Positions 19,134-29,536 of a DNA stretch of 56,371 nt are shown here, piece by piece. The position numbers and the translations under genes were made by a program. The first letter of the stretch is position 1. Every line of letters starts with the position of its first letter. Under the pieces are notes generated by a model. The model saw only the letters and a program-made list of their open reading frames with translations. It was not told where the DNA came from and searched no databases. Origin of the DNA: Promethearchaeota archaeon. Lineage in GTDB: Archaea > Asgardarchaeota > Lokiarchaeia > Sigyniarchaeales > SOKP01. The DNA is taken from assembly GCA_019058365.1 (NCBI GenBank), contig JAHPZE010000029.1, forward strand, positions 1-56,371. Direction: 5' to 3'.

Positions 19134-21062
19134 ATGTTATCCGAAAAAATTCTTACATCTGCAAGTACAACCATATCGTTAAATGAGTTGTTTCCCAATT
19201 GTACAAGTCAGTTTATTAAGCCTTTTAAACAAATAATTGATCTTGACATTCATAAAGGAATCAGTCTTGATTTTGAGCTATGTGACAGAGTTCAAAAGAA
19301 AAAATTAAATCCTATTCTCAGATTAGCAAAACCAGAGGATGCCGAAGAACTTGTTGGAATTTATAAGGAGTTGTATAATGGTACCTATCCTTATAAAGAG
19401 ATGGAAGATCTGAGTGAAGTTCGAAAGATGATACAAGATTCTTCAATCCAGTGGATTATCTATCAAGATCCTTCTTTTAACATAGCGGGATGCATCACAT
19501 TTGTTTTGGATTTTGACAATAAACGGGGATACATTCGCGGATTTATGCTTAAAAAGAAATATCAAGGATATATAGATATTACGAAAGCTATGATTGGCTC
19601 TATGCTTGGGATGATCCATAAGTATAAAAATGAGATCTATATATGGTATGTGGAGAACAGAACTGCTCACACTAAATCTCAGTACTCAATGTGGGTTTGT
19701 GGAATTGCCCCAATTGGATTTTATCCAAATAAAGATATATTTTTAGGGAAAGTAGAATCTGACTTAATGCAGATTCTATATGATGAGAGAGCCTTAACAA
19801 TATGTAGAATTAAAACTGTGCCCCAACTTTTACCTCAAGTCGAAAATTGCTATTTATATGCTGATAAACGATATAATTTAGGAAAGTATCGAATCAAGGA
19901 ACCACAAATTTCTTTAAATCAGAAAAAGATTTATCACTTGAGAAAAAGTCTTAAAAGGAATATTGAAAAAAATGATTTTGGATATGAAAAGATACGATTT
20001 TCGTTTTCTGATACAGATTCATATTTTGAATTTCTCTACACCCCCCAAGTAAAAAATTTTGAAAAAACTGTGTACCATGTAAATAACCTTGAGGAGCTAT
20101 ATATCTTTTTGAAAGAATTTATTAAATGTGGAAAAGAGCTTGAAATACGATATTGTGAAGCATTTATTTCAGCTTATAATCTTGCTCATCAAAAATTATT
20201 TTCTAATGTAGGACTATCTCCGAGAGGGTATGTCCCAAGTTGGAAATATAATAGTAAAAAGGACGTTTTTGAAGACTATATCTTATTTAATTGGTTTAAA
20301 GGGAATGTTAATGAAAGTATTCAATTAATTGATGAGGGAAAACAGCTATTGGAGATTTTAGAACTGAATAATCCACTACTTATGAGAGATTTTTTTGAAG
20401 AGAGAAGATTTTTAGGGAAATTGCCAACTTTTTATAGCTTTAAAGAAAAACTTTCAAATGTCTGGAATTATCCGAAAACTATTAAATCCTCTTTAATGGT
20501 TGGATTGATAGTATATCTATCAATGGTTATTATGAGTATTATTATCGCAAATTCTTTTGGATATCATATAATTTCCCATACGATAAGTCAACTAGGATCA
20601 ATTCATAACACTCCTGCACCCTTTATGTTTGATATTGCGTGCATTATCGGTGGTCTAACGACGATATTGTTATACTGTTATCTCTCAAGGAGGATTATAA
20701 TGGAGGAAAATACCTTATCAATTAAATTTTCTCGATATGGGGTAATTATTGGCACAACTGGGAGTATTGGGATAATGTTTGTGGGTATATTCAGTCTTGA
20801 TAGATCAGGACCTTTTGGATTATTCCATATTTTATCTACGACATTTGCTTTTGGGGGGTTTATATTAGCATTATTCACTTATGGGATAATGTTATCTAAA
20901 ACGAAATCGAAACTACAAAATATTATCGGAATTAATGGGATTGTGCCTTTAATAGCCCTAATCGGAAATTTTATATTTCCTACTCCATTAATGGAATGGA
21001 TATTACTTTTTACAATCCTTACTTCTTTAATCCCGCTGTTTTGCTTAGTTTCGTTTAAATAA
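19134..21062 (+). CDS. GNAT-like N-terminal domain(s) fused to a DUF998/Frag1-like multi-TM domain
   Basis: LRLAKPEDAEEL...YPY...GFMLKKKYQG (GNAT-like); C-terminal ISQLG...F...GIF...H TM pattern. Confidence 0.65.
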   Translation: MLSEKILTSASTTISLNELFPNCTSQFIKPFKQIIDLDIHKGISLDFELCDRVQKKKLNPILRLAKPEDAEELVGIYKELYNGTYPYKEMEDLSEVRKMIQDSSIQWIIYQDPSFNIAGCITFVLDFDNKRGYIRGFMLKKKYQGYIDITKAMIGSMLGMIHKYKNEIYIWYVENRTAHTKSQYSMWVCGIAPIGFYPNKDIFLGKVESDLMQILYDERALTICRIKTVPQLLPQVENCYLYADKRYNLGKYRIKEPQISLNQKKIYHLRKSLKRNIEKNDFGYEKIRFSFSDTDSYFEFLYTPQVKNFEKTVYHVNNLEELYIFLKEFIKCGKELEIRYCEAFISAYNLAHQKLFSNVGLSPRGYVPSWKYNSKKDVFEDYILFNWFKGNVNESIQLIDEGKQLLEILELNNPLLMRDFFEERRFLGKLPTFYSFKEKLSNVWNYPKTIKSSLMVGLIVYLSMVIMSIIIANSFGYHIISHTISQLGSIHNTPAPFMFDIACIIGGLTTILLYCYLSRRIIMEENTLSIKFSRYGVIIGTTGSIGIMFVGIFSLDRSGPFGLFHILSTTFAFGGFILALFTYGIMLSKTKSKLQNIIGINGIVPLIALIGNFIFPTPLMEWILLFTILTSLIPLFCLVSFK

Positions 21063-21079
21063 TTTTTTTACAAATTTAT

Positions 21080-21898
21080 TTAATCTGATTTTTTATATAA
21101 ACCTAGGAAAATTATCAGAAAAATAATTATATCTACTAACTCAACCACTATTATATAAGTTGCAGTTTCACCAAGAATATTTTGCATTAATGGTCTAAAA
21201 ATATTCGACAACATATATAAAAAGAACCCAATTGTCAGAATTCCAGGTTTAACTAATGTTAATCTATTAAGACTATAGGCCATATAAAAAATATAAACTA
21301 TTCCTAATAATGAAGGGATAAGAATAATTGGTAAAACCAACCCCATTATCGTAAGATTTTGCCCCGCAATGATTGCAATTGATTCAATTATAATAATCAC
21401 TACAATTAATCGAGATCTTAATCTATTCATATACTTCTTATCTTTTAATTTCTTAAAACGATCCTCCAATCTAAAGAAAATTATCTCCATACCAAGGTAT
21501 ATTAAAGGCGCTACTTCAAATATAATAATAAAAAATCTGAATTTTAAAAATATTAAAACTATATCATCATTAAAGGTAAAAAAGGTAAGATCCCAAAGTA
21601 AATCAATCGCTTTTCCAAAAATTAGAATAAGGAAAAACAATCCTAATAAGAACGGGATATCTGATAAATATTGTGCTTCTTGCTTAAACCATTTATGAAA
21701 TAAATAAAAAGCAGTTATAGATAAGATCACAATTCTAATGGATATTACCAGTAGGACTTCAAATGCACCTTCATAGGCTTGAAAAGCTTGGATAAAAAGT
21801 GGCCAATTAATACAATATAAAACAGCAACCCCAACAATCGCCAAAATAAAAAATATGACTAATACTAATTTATAGCGTCCTTTTTTCGATAATTGCAT
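21080..21898 (-). CDS. Multi-pass (7-8 TM) membrane protein
   Basis: Successive hydrophobic helices; no recognisable catalytic motif. Confidence 0.75.
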   Translation of the reverse strand: MQLSKKGRYKLVLVIFFILAIVGVAVLYCINWPLFIQAFQAYEGAFEVLLVISIRIVILSITAFYLFHKWFKQEAQYLSDIPFLLGLFFLILIFGKAIDLLWDLTFFTFNDDIVLIFLKFRFFIIIFEVAPLIYLGMEIIFFRLEDRFKKLKDKKYMNRLRSRLIVVIIIIESIAIIAGQNLTIMGLVLPIILIPSLLGIVYIFYMAYSLNRLTLVKPGILTIGFFLYMLSNIFRPLMQNILGETATYIIVVELVDIIIFLIIFLGLYKKSD

Positions 21899-22007
21899 AT
21901 TTATTGATATAATCTACTCCTTTTAAATTAAACCAAAAAAATAATAAAAGAAAAGATATCTAAACTAATTTAAAAAAATAAACTTAATTAATTTTTATTA
22001 GTAGTTT

Positions 22008-23153
22008 TTATATATTTCTTTTTCTAATTAACTTTACAATGGATTCTATTTGAGTCTTTTTTGGATCTAGTTCAATTTGGGTTTGAATTAGTTCAATAAG
22101 TTCATGTTGTGAAATGCCAATATTTTCTAAAAAATCATTTACTTCTTCTTCTTTGAATTTATTTTCAAGGATAAGTGGAGTTACAATTCTAAGAGTTCTT
22201 AACCACTTTTTCCTTAATTGAGGATTTTGACGTACTAGTTCTGCATATTGAAATGCGTAAAGAATTCCTCCATATCTATTAATATCATAAAATGTAGCAG
22301 CATGAACTACATTACAATTAGTTAAAAGTGGATCAGCATGTCCTTTTTTGATATAATTTTTTGATTCCACAAGATCAATAATCTTTTGTTCTTGGTATGG
22401 TATCACATGATAGGGCAAAAGAACTCTTGGTATGTTTTTACTGTTTATTTCTTCATCATTCAAATAGCATAATGCATCAGAAATATCAAAGAGAGGATCA
22501 TTGAGTAATAATTTAGGCTTCCAATAATGAACTACGTCTTCTTGAGGTATTTCATAGAAATATCGAAAAATCTGATCAGGAGAATATCCAAAAAGTACAT
22601 AAGGAATATCACGCTTTATAGCTTCTTTTACCACAATGCTATGAATTAAATCTGAACAATAATCACAGATATCCCGAGCTAAAAGTGTCTCATTTGAGTT
22701 ATGGTTAAAAAAATGGTATTTATATAACTTGGTAAACGTAGGTATACAATCCTCGATTATTACATGATCCACATGAATTTGCTTTAAAGTATGCTTCATA
22801 TTATCTTTTGCAATATCTGTCATAAATCCTGTAACAGAAGTTACCGCTAATGGAGTTAGTCGTAATTTATTTACTAAAAAATCTAATAGAGCTGTCGAAT
22901 CTTTTCCTCCTGAATATCCTAAAATACAATCATATGGGACGTTTCCATGATTTTTTTGCATTTCTTCTACTACTTGATTCCAATTTGTAAGAGCACTTTT
23001 CCTTCTTTCACTGCTAATTTCATTTCGAGACCAATTGATATTTCTATGGTCGGGATCACTACAAAAATCGCATGTACCCTCTAAATCTAACTGAACGCCT
23101 AAAAATCCATCAGGTAGAATACATTTTCGACAAATATTTAGTTGTTCTATCAT
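22008..23153 (-). CDS. PP-loop ATP pyrophosphatase, N-acetyl-sugar amidotransferase (WbuX)-like
   Basis: N-terminal CRKC...CDFC; YDCILGYSGGKDS; CDYC. Confidence 0.8.
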   Translation of the reverse strand: MIEQLNICRKCILPDGFLGVQLDLEGTCDFCSDPDHRNINWSRNEISSERRKSALTNWNQVVEEMQKNHGNVPYDCILGYSGGKDSTALLDFLVNKLRLTPLAVTSVTGFMTDIAKDNMKHTLKQIHVDHVIIEDCIPTFTKLYKYHFFNHNSNETLLARDICDYCSDLIHSIVVKEAIKRDIPYVLFGYSPDQIFRYFYEIPQEDVVHYWKPKLLLNDPLFDISDALCYLNDEEINSKNIPRVLLPYHVIPYQEQKIIDLVESKNYIKKGHADPLLTNCNVVHAATFYDINRYGGILYAFQYAELVRQNPQLRKKWLRTLRIVTPLILENKFKEEEVNDFLENIGISQHELIELIQTQIELDPKKTQIESIVKLIRKRNI

Positions 23154-23294
23154 ATTATCCCTTCTTTTAAAAATTTGTTAAGTTTAATTAAAAACAGATT
23201 ATTTAAAGAAAAAATCTAGATTTTCGTTTTTTTTCTTTAAATATAAATATCCATATACTGTTTCAATATTTCTAAGTTTGAAGTTGGGATAAAA

Positions 23295-24452
23295 ATGGTT
23301 CAAGTATTAGAAAAATTAGATGGCGGAAAAATAAAGGTAGTAGAGTCGATGGATCTTAGCGAAATCAAAGAAGTCTTAGAATATAAGTTATTTGTACCTG
23401 ATCCTCAAATAAGATCCAAAGTTATTGATGAGCTACTTTCTTATCTTGGTTCGAAATTTGCGAACTCTGAGTATAAGTTAAAAGTATTCATCGCATATAG
23501 CGAATCAGAAATCTGTGGTTTTGTAATCTGTCAAATCGATCCTTATTACACAAGTTATAGCAGAAAATGCGGCACATTCGGGTGGCTTAATGCAGACTCT
23601 CTTAAAATTTGTAAACTGCTTATAAGAGAGTGTGAACTATTTATTAAAGAAAATAGAATTCGTAAGATCAGAGGGAATATCAATTTTCCTAAAAATTTAG
23701 GGGGTATTGGGATTCAATTTATGGGTTTTGAGGAACAAATGTTATACGGTGTAGCCTATAATGATCCTAAGTTACACACGATAGAGTTTTTAGACTCCGT
23801 TGGATACCAAAGAGAATCAGAATATTCTTGTGTCTATGTAGATCAAAGAACATGGAGTAAAGGAAAAAAAATCGATAAAAAGATTATGTTTAAATATGTA
23901 TCAATGGAAGAACTCTATGACTATGTGGATGAGATACGAAATCTTGCGAATAATTCTTTCCATGAAATTCTCCCTGATGCTTCAGGAATGAATCGTATTT
24001 TTGAGTTTTTTGATGCATTTCAAAAGATTCCCAAATTGTTTTATAAGATAAAAGACGATTTTAATCCAAAGATTTATTCAGATGTGCCTCAATTCATTGA
24101 AACGTGGCAAACATGTGATCTTGAAAACACAGAACCGTTTGCTCCAATGGCATTTGATAAAAGAACTGGTGAATTAATTGGAATTCTATTAGGATTACCA
24201 GACTTATTTGAAGCGTGGGCAGGAAGACCAATTACACGCTGTAATGTAGATACGGCTATGGTAAAGAGAGGATATTTCGGAAAAGGTATTTTTTCGGCAT
24301 TAAATAATATCGGACAACTTACATGTAATTTACATGGTATTTATTACTTTGAAGGAACAGCAATCTGGTCTAATAACTCACAGGCAATTGATACAATTTT
24401 TCCTCATTGTAAACCCCTCCGAAAACTTTATGTAATGCAAAAAAGATTATAA
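23295..24452 (+). CDS. Tandem GNAT-fold protein (YghO-like)
   Basis: GTFGWL...IRGNIN...YN pattern; C-terminal V.RGYFGKGI acetyl-CoA-binding motif. Confidence 0.7.
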   Translation: MVQVLEKLDGGKIKVVESMDLSEIKEVLEYKLFVPDPQIRSKVIDELLSYLGSKFANSEYKLKVFIAYSESEICGFVICQIDPYYTSYSRKCGTFGWLNADSLKICKLLIRECELFIKENRIRKIRGNINFPKNLGGIGIQFMGFEEQMLYGVAYNDPKLHTIEFLDSVGYQRESEYSCVYVDQRTWSKGKKIDKKIMFKYVSMEELYDYVDEIRNLANNSFHEILPDASGMNRIFEFFDAFQKIPKLFYKIKDDFNPKIYSDVPQFIETWQTCDLENTEPFAPMAFDKRTGELIGILLGLPDLFEAWAGRPITRCNVDTAMVKRGYFGKGIFSALNNIGQLTCNLHGIYYFEGTAIWSNNSQAIDTIFPHCKPLRKLYVMQKRL

Positions 24453-24471
24453 TTTAATAAGGATAATTTTT

Positions 24472-24699
24472 TTATTCTTTTTTAGATTTTTTAGACGCTC
24501 TTTTTCCTTCTGTATCAACAATCTCTGAAAAGATTTCCTCGCCAGCTTCTAATAACCTTTCTTCCTCTCTTGTAATATGAATCTCTTTTGTTTAATCGAA
24601 AGGTGTTTCGCATACCCAGCATGTATTTTCCAGATCGCTCAACGCATTGGAGCATTTAATACAATAAGGAGCATCACATCCTGGGCAAATATAACTCAA
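24472..24699 (-). pseudogene. Remnant of a Cys-rich RING-like Zn-finger C-terminus
   Basis: Translates LSYICPGCDAPYCIKCSNALSDLENTCWVCETPFD*TKEIH...KKE*; in-frame TAA at 24594-24592; N-terminal part absent. Confidence 0.65.
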
Positions 24700-24781
24700 T
24701 CTTGTAACAATCTTCCTTGTAACATTAAATGAAATTTTTTACTATTTAATCACTTTCCTTGGATATGATAATGAATTAGTA

Positions 24782-25888
24782 TTATGAAAAAGGAAATGAA
24801 TATTCATCTAATCCTAATTCATCCTGCATTATCTTAATATCATTTTGTAAACTTTTATTGAGGGGAATTCCTTTTTCTTTTCTCTCAATTTTGACAAAAT
24901 GTTCTTTTTCACCAGCTGTATAAATTTTAGATTCACCGGGAATCTTCCGTGAGCCCCTTAAGGCTCTCATTATATTGGTGGCAGTCTTTTTAAATGAGTT
25001 TAATCCAATGAAACTCTCTGTATTAATTGCTAGGAAAAAATGTCCAACTTTTAGCCTTTTTTGACCGTTTTCAACAATTCCAAGAGTATCTCTTAGGTAT
25101 ATACCTTCTTGTAAGGCAGCGGAAAGAAGTTCTACAACTGTTGCATAGCCATACCCTTTATACCCGGCAGTATCTTCACCTTTTCCACCTAATGGTAATA
25201 AGGATGCTTTTCTTTCTAACATTTTTTCTAGGACTTTATTAGGATCAGTCATAATTTTACCTTCATCATCAATAACAGTATTCTCTGGAAGAGGTTTATC
25301 AACTCGAGCATTTAGTTCAACCTTTCCTCTTTGGATGATTGAGGTGGCACAATCAATAAGAAAAGGGAATTCTTCATCGGTAGGAGCGCCAATAGTTAAA
25401 GGATTTGTACCCAACATCGGTTCACATCCAAATGTGGGCGGAATAGAGGGTCTGGCATTAGTGACTGCCATACCGATCATACCTTCTTTTATTGCCATAA
25501 GCGAGTAATATCCCGCAATCCCAAAATGGGTAGAATTTCTCACTGCTACTGCGCCTAGTCCATATTTTTTTGCTTTCTCAATAGCCATTTGCATTGCCTT
25601 GTAGGCAATAACATGCCCCATACCGCAATTTCCATCTAATAACGCAGTAGTAGGGCCATCTTTTATTACATCAATTTTTGTTTTTACCTCATAAATTCCT
25701 TCCTTGATGCGATCATAGTACATTTTGCATCGCTGAATGCCATGCGAATCAATCCCTCTTAAATCTGAGGTAATTAACACTTCAGCAATGATACTTGCAT
25801 CTTCTTTTGGAACACCTAATCCAATAAAAACGTCTCTCATAAAATTTTCAAGAGTATTGCTATCTATATATATAATATCTTCTGACAT
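24782..25888 (-). CDS. Ldh_2-family dehydrogenase (malate/L-lactate/L-sulfolactate, ComC/AllD-like)
   Basis: SDLRGIDSHG, RNSTHFG, GTNP, YKGYG, GHFFLAI motifs. Confidence 0.92.
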   Translation of the reverse strand: MSEDIIYIDSNTLENFMRDVFIGLGVPKEDASIIAEVLITSDLRGIDSHGIQRCKMYYDRIKEGIYEVKTKIDVIKDGPTTALLDGNCGMGHVIAYKAMQMAIEKAKKYGLGAVAVRNSTHFGIAGYYSLMAIKEGMIGMAVTNARPSIPPTFGCEPMLGTNPLTIGAPTDEEFPFLIDCATSIIQRGKVELNARVDKPLPENTVIDDEGKIMTDPNKVLEKMLERKASLLPLGGKGEDTAGYKGYGYATVVELLSAALQEGIYLRDTLGIVENGQKRLKVGHFFLAINTESFIGLNSFKKTATNIMRALRGSRKIPGESKIYTAGEKEHFVKIERKEKGIPLNKSLQNDIKIMQDELGLDEYSFPFS

Positions 25889-26147
25889 CTTAGAATTTCT
25901 CCATATTGTTTTGTTTTTGAATTAAAATACAATTTCGGACTACTTGTTCAAGTAAATTCTAACTACTAAATATAATTTTTATAACGCGAGTAATTTTAAA
26001 TTTTTCTCTATTTTGAAATTTTATCGAAATCAAGGTCAATGAAATATGTTCCACATATTATTCTCGTATTTATAGAACCAATTCTACTAACAATTGTGAT
26101 AATGTATATCACATCTATAGATAATTAAAAACAAATTATAGAGTGTC

Positions 26148-27005
26148 ATGAAAAAGAAAGAAAAACTCACCTGCCCGCTATGCAATGTTAAATTTATTCC
26201 AAGAACATTTTATCCAGAAGAAGCAACTTTTTCTTCTTCAGATGGCAAATTATTGTCAGGATTTAATGGGTACATAAGTTCTAGTGGAGTTAAACCTTCA
26301 GAAGTAATTTTGGGTTCTTGGATTACGTATTGTCCAAATTGCAATTACGTCATGAAATTTGTAAAAGAGATTGTTAAAAAAGAAAAAATCCAAGCACAGA
26401 ATGTTGTCGCTAAAGACATCAAAGAAAAATATAATAACTATTACTTTGGATTTCCATTTGAAGATTACTCTCAATATTTGACTGGAGTTGCTGAAAAAGT
26501 CAAATATGATATTGTAAATTCTCTTAAAGGCATAGATCTAAATATCTGGGAAAGTATGTATGAAATTGAAGACACTTTTAAACTTTTAGTCAGATTTTAT
26601 GCAAATTTAGAGAAATATTGTGATGCTCAACTTCCAAATAATAAGGATGATGAATTACCAGCAAAAATAACATTATTAAAATTAATACCAGATCTGGAAA
26701 AATTACTATTGGAGTTAAATGATATAAGAAAACAAACTATTCAAGGAAATTACGAGTTATCTTCAAATGATAAAGAAAGAGTCAATACTGCGGTTGTGAA
26801 TTTTACATTGAATCTAATAGAAAAGCATATTAAACCATTAGTGGAAGGTAAAAAATTACAAACAAAATATAATTACGTCGATATAAAAGATCTTAATGCT
26901 GAAATAAAACTCTTCCTAAATGGATATCTAAATGGTTTATTTAATCATGGAAAATCTGCTCATAAAGAAGTAAGATCATTTTTAGAGAATCTCCTTATCA
27001 ATTAG
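26148..27005 (+). CDS. Zn-ribbon protein with HEPN/DUF4145-like helical domain
   Basis: CPLC...CPNC; LNDIRKQTIQG resembles a degenerate RxxxxH HEPN motif. Confidence 0.55.
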   Translation: MKKKEKLTCPLCNVKFIPRTFYPEEATFSSSDGKLLSGFNGYISSSGVKPSEVILGSWITYCPNCNYVMKFVKEIVKKEKIQAQNVVAKDIKEKYNNYYFGFPFEDYSQYLTGVAEKVKYDIVNSLKGIDLNIWESMYEIEDTFKLLVRFYANLEKYCDAQLPNNKDDELPAKITLLKLIPDLEKLLLELNDIRKQTIQGNYELSSNDKERVNTAVVNFTLNLIEKHIKPLVEGKKLQTKYNYVDIKDLNAEIKLFLNGYLNGLFNHGKSAHKEVRSFLENLLIN

Positions 27006-27353
27006 TATTATTAATTTTTCCGCTTCTTGTCTTATCGACTTCTACATATTATCACCATGCTATACGTTTATTTGAATCCTTAATTCATATTTTAAATTCA
27101 TGATTATAAATGATTTAAATACTAAAGTTAAGGATAAATTTTTTAAAGATATTATAATTGAGGATGACGGCGAAGATTTTGTCTATGTGTTCCCTGATAC
27201 AAAAGAGTTTCTATCGATCATTAGAAGAAAAGAAATTAAAAACAGCTTAATTACGGGAAAGTAATTTAAAACCTTATTATTTTATTGATCACTTGGAAGA
27301 CTCCAATAGTCACTTGAATATGTAAATTTTAAATTTTATTAAGTATTATAGAA

Positions 27354-27659
27354 TATGGGCAATTTGGGCAATGCCTGATTCCCCTTGCTGGGAGGACCAT
27401 AAAATGCTCATAGTGGAAATTGCCTGAATTAAGAATTCATGAGTGCTATTATCCAATCTTATGTTCCGTCGAAGCATCGGCTACATAGGCGGGTTACAGA
27501 GTGATGTATTTTGTAGGAAATACATAAACTCGTAATTTCAAAACCGGACAGGCCCTGGCGGGAGCATCCGTACGAATAGTAGTTCGCGCTTTGTAGTGCA
27601 GGTGTGGAGGGCCATGAGATACTTGGTCATAATAGTAGGATTGATATCGAGATTCAGGT
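27354..27659 (+). ncRNA. ffs: Signal recognition particle (7S) RNA
   Basis: Helix 8 CGGA-CAGG-CCC-TGGC-GGG-AGCA-TCCG (27545-27570); helix 6 ATGTATTT/AAATACAT with GTAG loop; long helix 5 pairings (GCTATTAT/ATAATAGT, TCTTATG/CATGAGA); Alu hairpins GGGCA/TGCCT and TCCC/GGGA; ~305 nt followed by a T-run. Confidence 0.9.
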
Positions 27660-27691
27660 TTTTTTAAACCTATTCCTAATTACTCATTGCT

Positions 27692-28168
27692 TTAAATTGA
27701 TGATTTTGGTTTGATAATCAATTTATATCTGCAATGTGTATTATTAGAATTCAGTATACACTCTAATATTTCTGATTCATATTTAAACTCAGGATCGAAA
27801 GAATTCAATATAGCAATTGTATAAGGTATACATATTGTATTTTGTATAAGTTCAGCTTTATCAGGATTAACCTTACCACCAATGGGGCAAAATTTATTTG
27901 AATATTTAAGTGTTATATCCAATGTTTTGGGATCGTCATTTAGAGTTTTTATCTTAGTTTTAGCATTTAAAACATTGTATATTTTTTTCAAACTGCTTTC
28001 AACTCCGACAAAGCCTCTCTCTTTTAACATTTTACCTAATTTTGCACCCAAACTAGTAGAAATTGATTTAGGAAGATTTTCCCCGCCAATATCAATCATT
28101 TGATAAATAAAATTTTGGAAAAATTTTAAGGCATCTCGATTTTTCGACATCTTCACAGTGTTTTTCAT
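27692..28168 (-). CDS. V4R-superfamily (MetOD1-like) protein, copy 1
   Basis: FCPIGG...ICIPYT...ECI...CRY conserved Cys pattern; paralogous to the next two genes. Confidence 0.7.
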   Translation of the reverse strand: MKNTVKMSKNRDALKFFQNFIYQMIDIGGENLPKSISTSLGAKLGKMLKERGFVGVESSLKKIYNVLNAKTKIKTLNDDPKTLDITLKYSNKFCPIGGKVNPDKAELIQNTICIPYTIAILNSFDPEFKYESEILECILNSNNTHCRYKLIIKPKSSI

Positions 28169-28328
28169 ATTATTAAAAAAAAAAGATTAATTAAATCTCG
28201 ATTTTGAACTATTTAATTATTGTTATAGTTATTATTTATTTAATAATAAGAGGAGGGAAGGGCTGCCCATTCAAAATAATTTGAATTATTTAATAAGTTG
28301 ATAATTGGAAAAAGTTGCTTAATTTAAT

Positions 28329-28781
28329 CTATACTTTTTTTTTATCAATTTTTAGGATGTAGTGGCAAATTCTTTGGTTATTAAGGGGAATACAATTTAA
28401 GAAATCTTCTCCAAAAATGAATTGGGGAAAAAGTTCATTTAAAAAACCCCGTGTATAAGGAATACAAATGTTCTCTTGAAAAATCGGAGCTCGGGATGGA
28501 CTATAAGCCCCTCCTACTGGACAGAATTTTTTTGGGTATCTAACAATTACTTCATATCTATTCTCATTTAATTGTTTTATCACTGGTTTTCCATTCAATG
28601 CAATATAGATTTGTTTTAAAGCTGTTCCAATTTCTAAAGTAAATCCCCGTTCTTTATACATTTTCCCTAGTTTTGACCCTAATTTACTAGAGATGGCTTT
28701 TGGTAAATTTATTCCTCCAATATCAATCATTTCTTTAATATATGCTTGAAAGAACTTTAAAGCATCCTTATTTTTTGACAT
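28329..28781 (-). CDS. V4R-superfamily (MetOD1-like) protein, copy 2
   Basis: Same motifs as copy 1; high nucleotide similarity to copy 3. Confidence 0.7.
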   Translation of the reverse strand: MSKNKDALKFFQAYIKEMIDIGGINLPKAISSKLGSKLGKMYKERGFTLEIGTALKQIYIALNGKPVIKQLNENRYEVIVRYPKKFCPVGGAYSPSRAPIFQENICIPYTRGFLNELFPQFIFGEDFLNCIPLNNQRICHYILKIDKKKV

Positions 28782-28953
28782 AATTTTGAGACATTCATTT
28801 AAAAGTAATGAAAAGAATCTATATTAATCTCTATATTAAATTATTTAAGACTTGTTATCAAAATTATTTATTTGATAATAAAAAAGGAAAATAGAGCTTT
28901 TAAGATTTTTAAAGAAAAAAATTTCAAAAATTGAATTAAAAAAAACATTTAAT

Positions 28954-29415
28954 TCAAGTTATATGATTTGTATTCTTCCTATTTTTGATTTTTAAAATGT
29001 AATGACAAGCCTTTTGATTATTAAGTGGTATACAATTTAAAATTTCTGATTCAAACGAAAATTGTGGAAAAAGTTCATTTAAAAAACCCTGTGTATAAGG
29101 AATACAAATATTCTCTTGAAAAATCAGAGCTCGGGATGGATTATGAGCCCCTCCTATTGGACAGAATTTTTTTGAGTATCTAACAATTACTTCATATGTA
29201 TTATCATTTAATTGGTTTATCACTGGTTTTTCATTCAATGCGGAGTAAATTTGTTTTAATGCGAAACCAAGATCTAAAGCTAGCCCCCTTTCTTTATATA
29301 ATTTACCTAATTTTGAACCAGATTTTGTGGAAATAGCTTTGGGTAAATTATTTCTCCCAATATCAATCATTTCTTTAATTTATGCTTGGAAAAATTTCAA
29401 AGCGTCCTTTGCGAT
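28954..29415 (-). pseudogene. V4R-superfamily protein, copy 3, with early nonsense codon
   Basis: Upstream of the track ATG the frame reads IAKDALKFFQA*IKEMID; TAA at 29382-29380 replaces the TAT (Tyr) of copy 2; GAGGTGA precedes ATC at 29415. Confidence 0.7.
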
Positions 29416-29536
29416 AAAATCACCTCAAATTACTTTTAACCCTAAATTACAAGAGAAAACGAAGAAATACTGATATTTAAATTTATCCATTATTGTCCAA
29501 TTTTTAATTGAAAAAAGTAGAAATCAATCAAGAAAA

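Noticed and set aside
27120-27265. Short open frame (…EDDGEDFVYVFPDTKEFLSIIRRKEIKNSLITGK*) upstream of the SRP RNA
   Set aside because: No clear start codon or recognisable family; at most an unidentifiable remnant.
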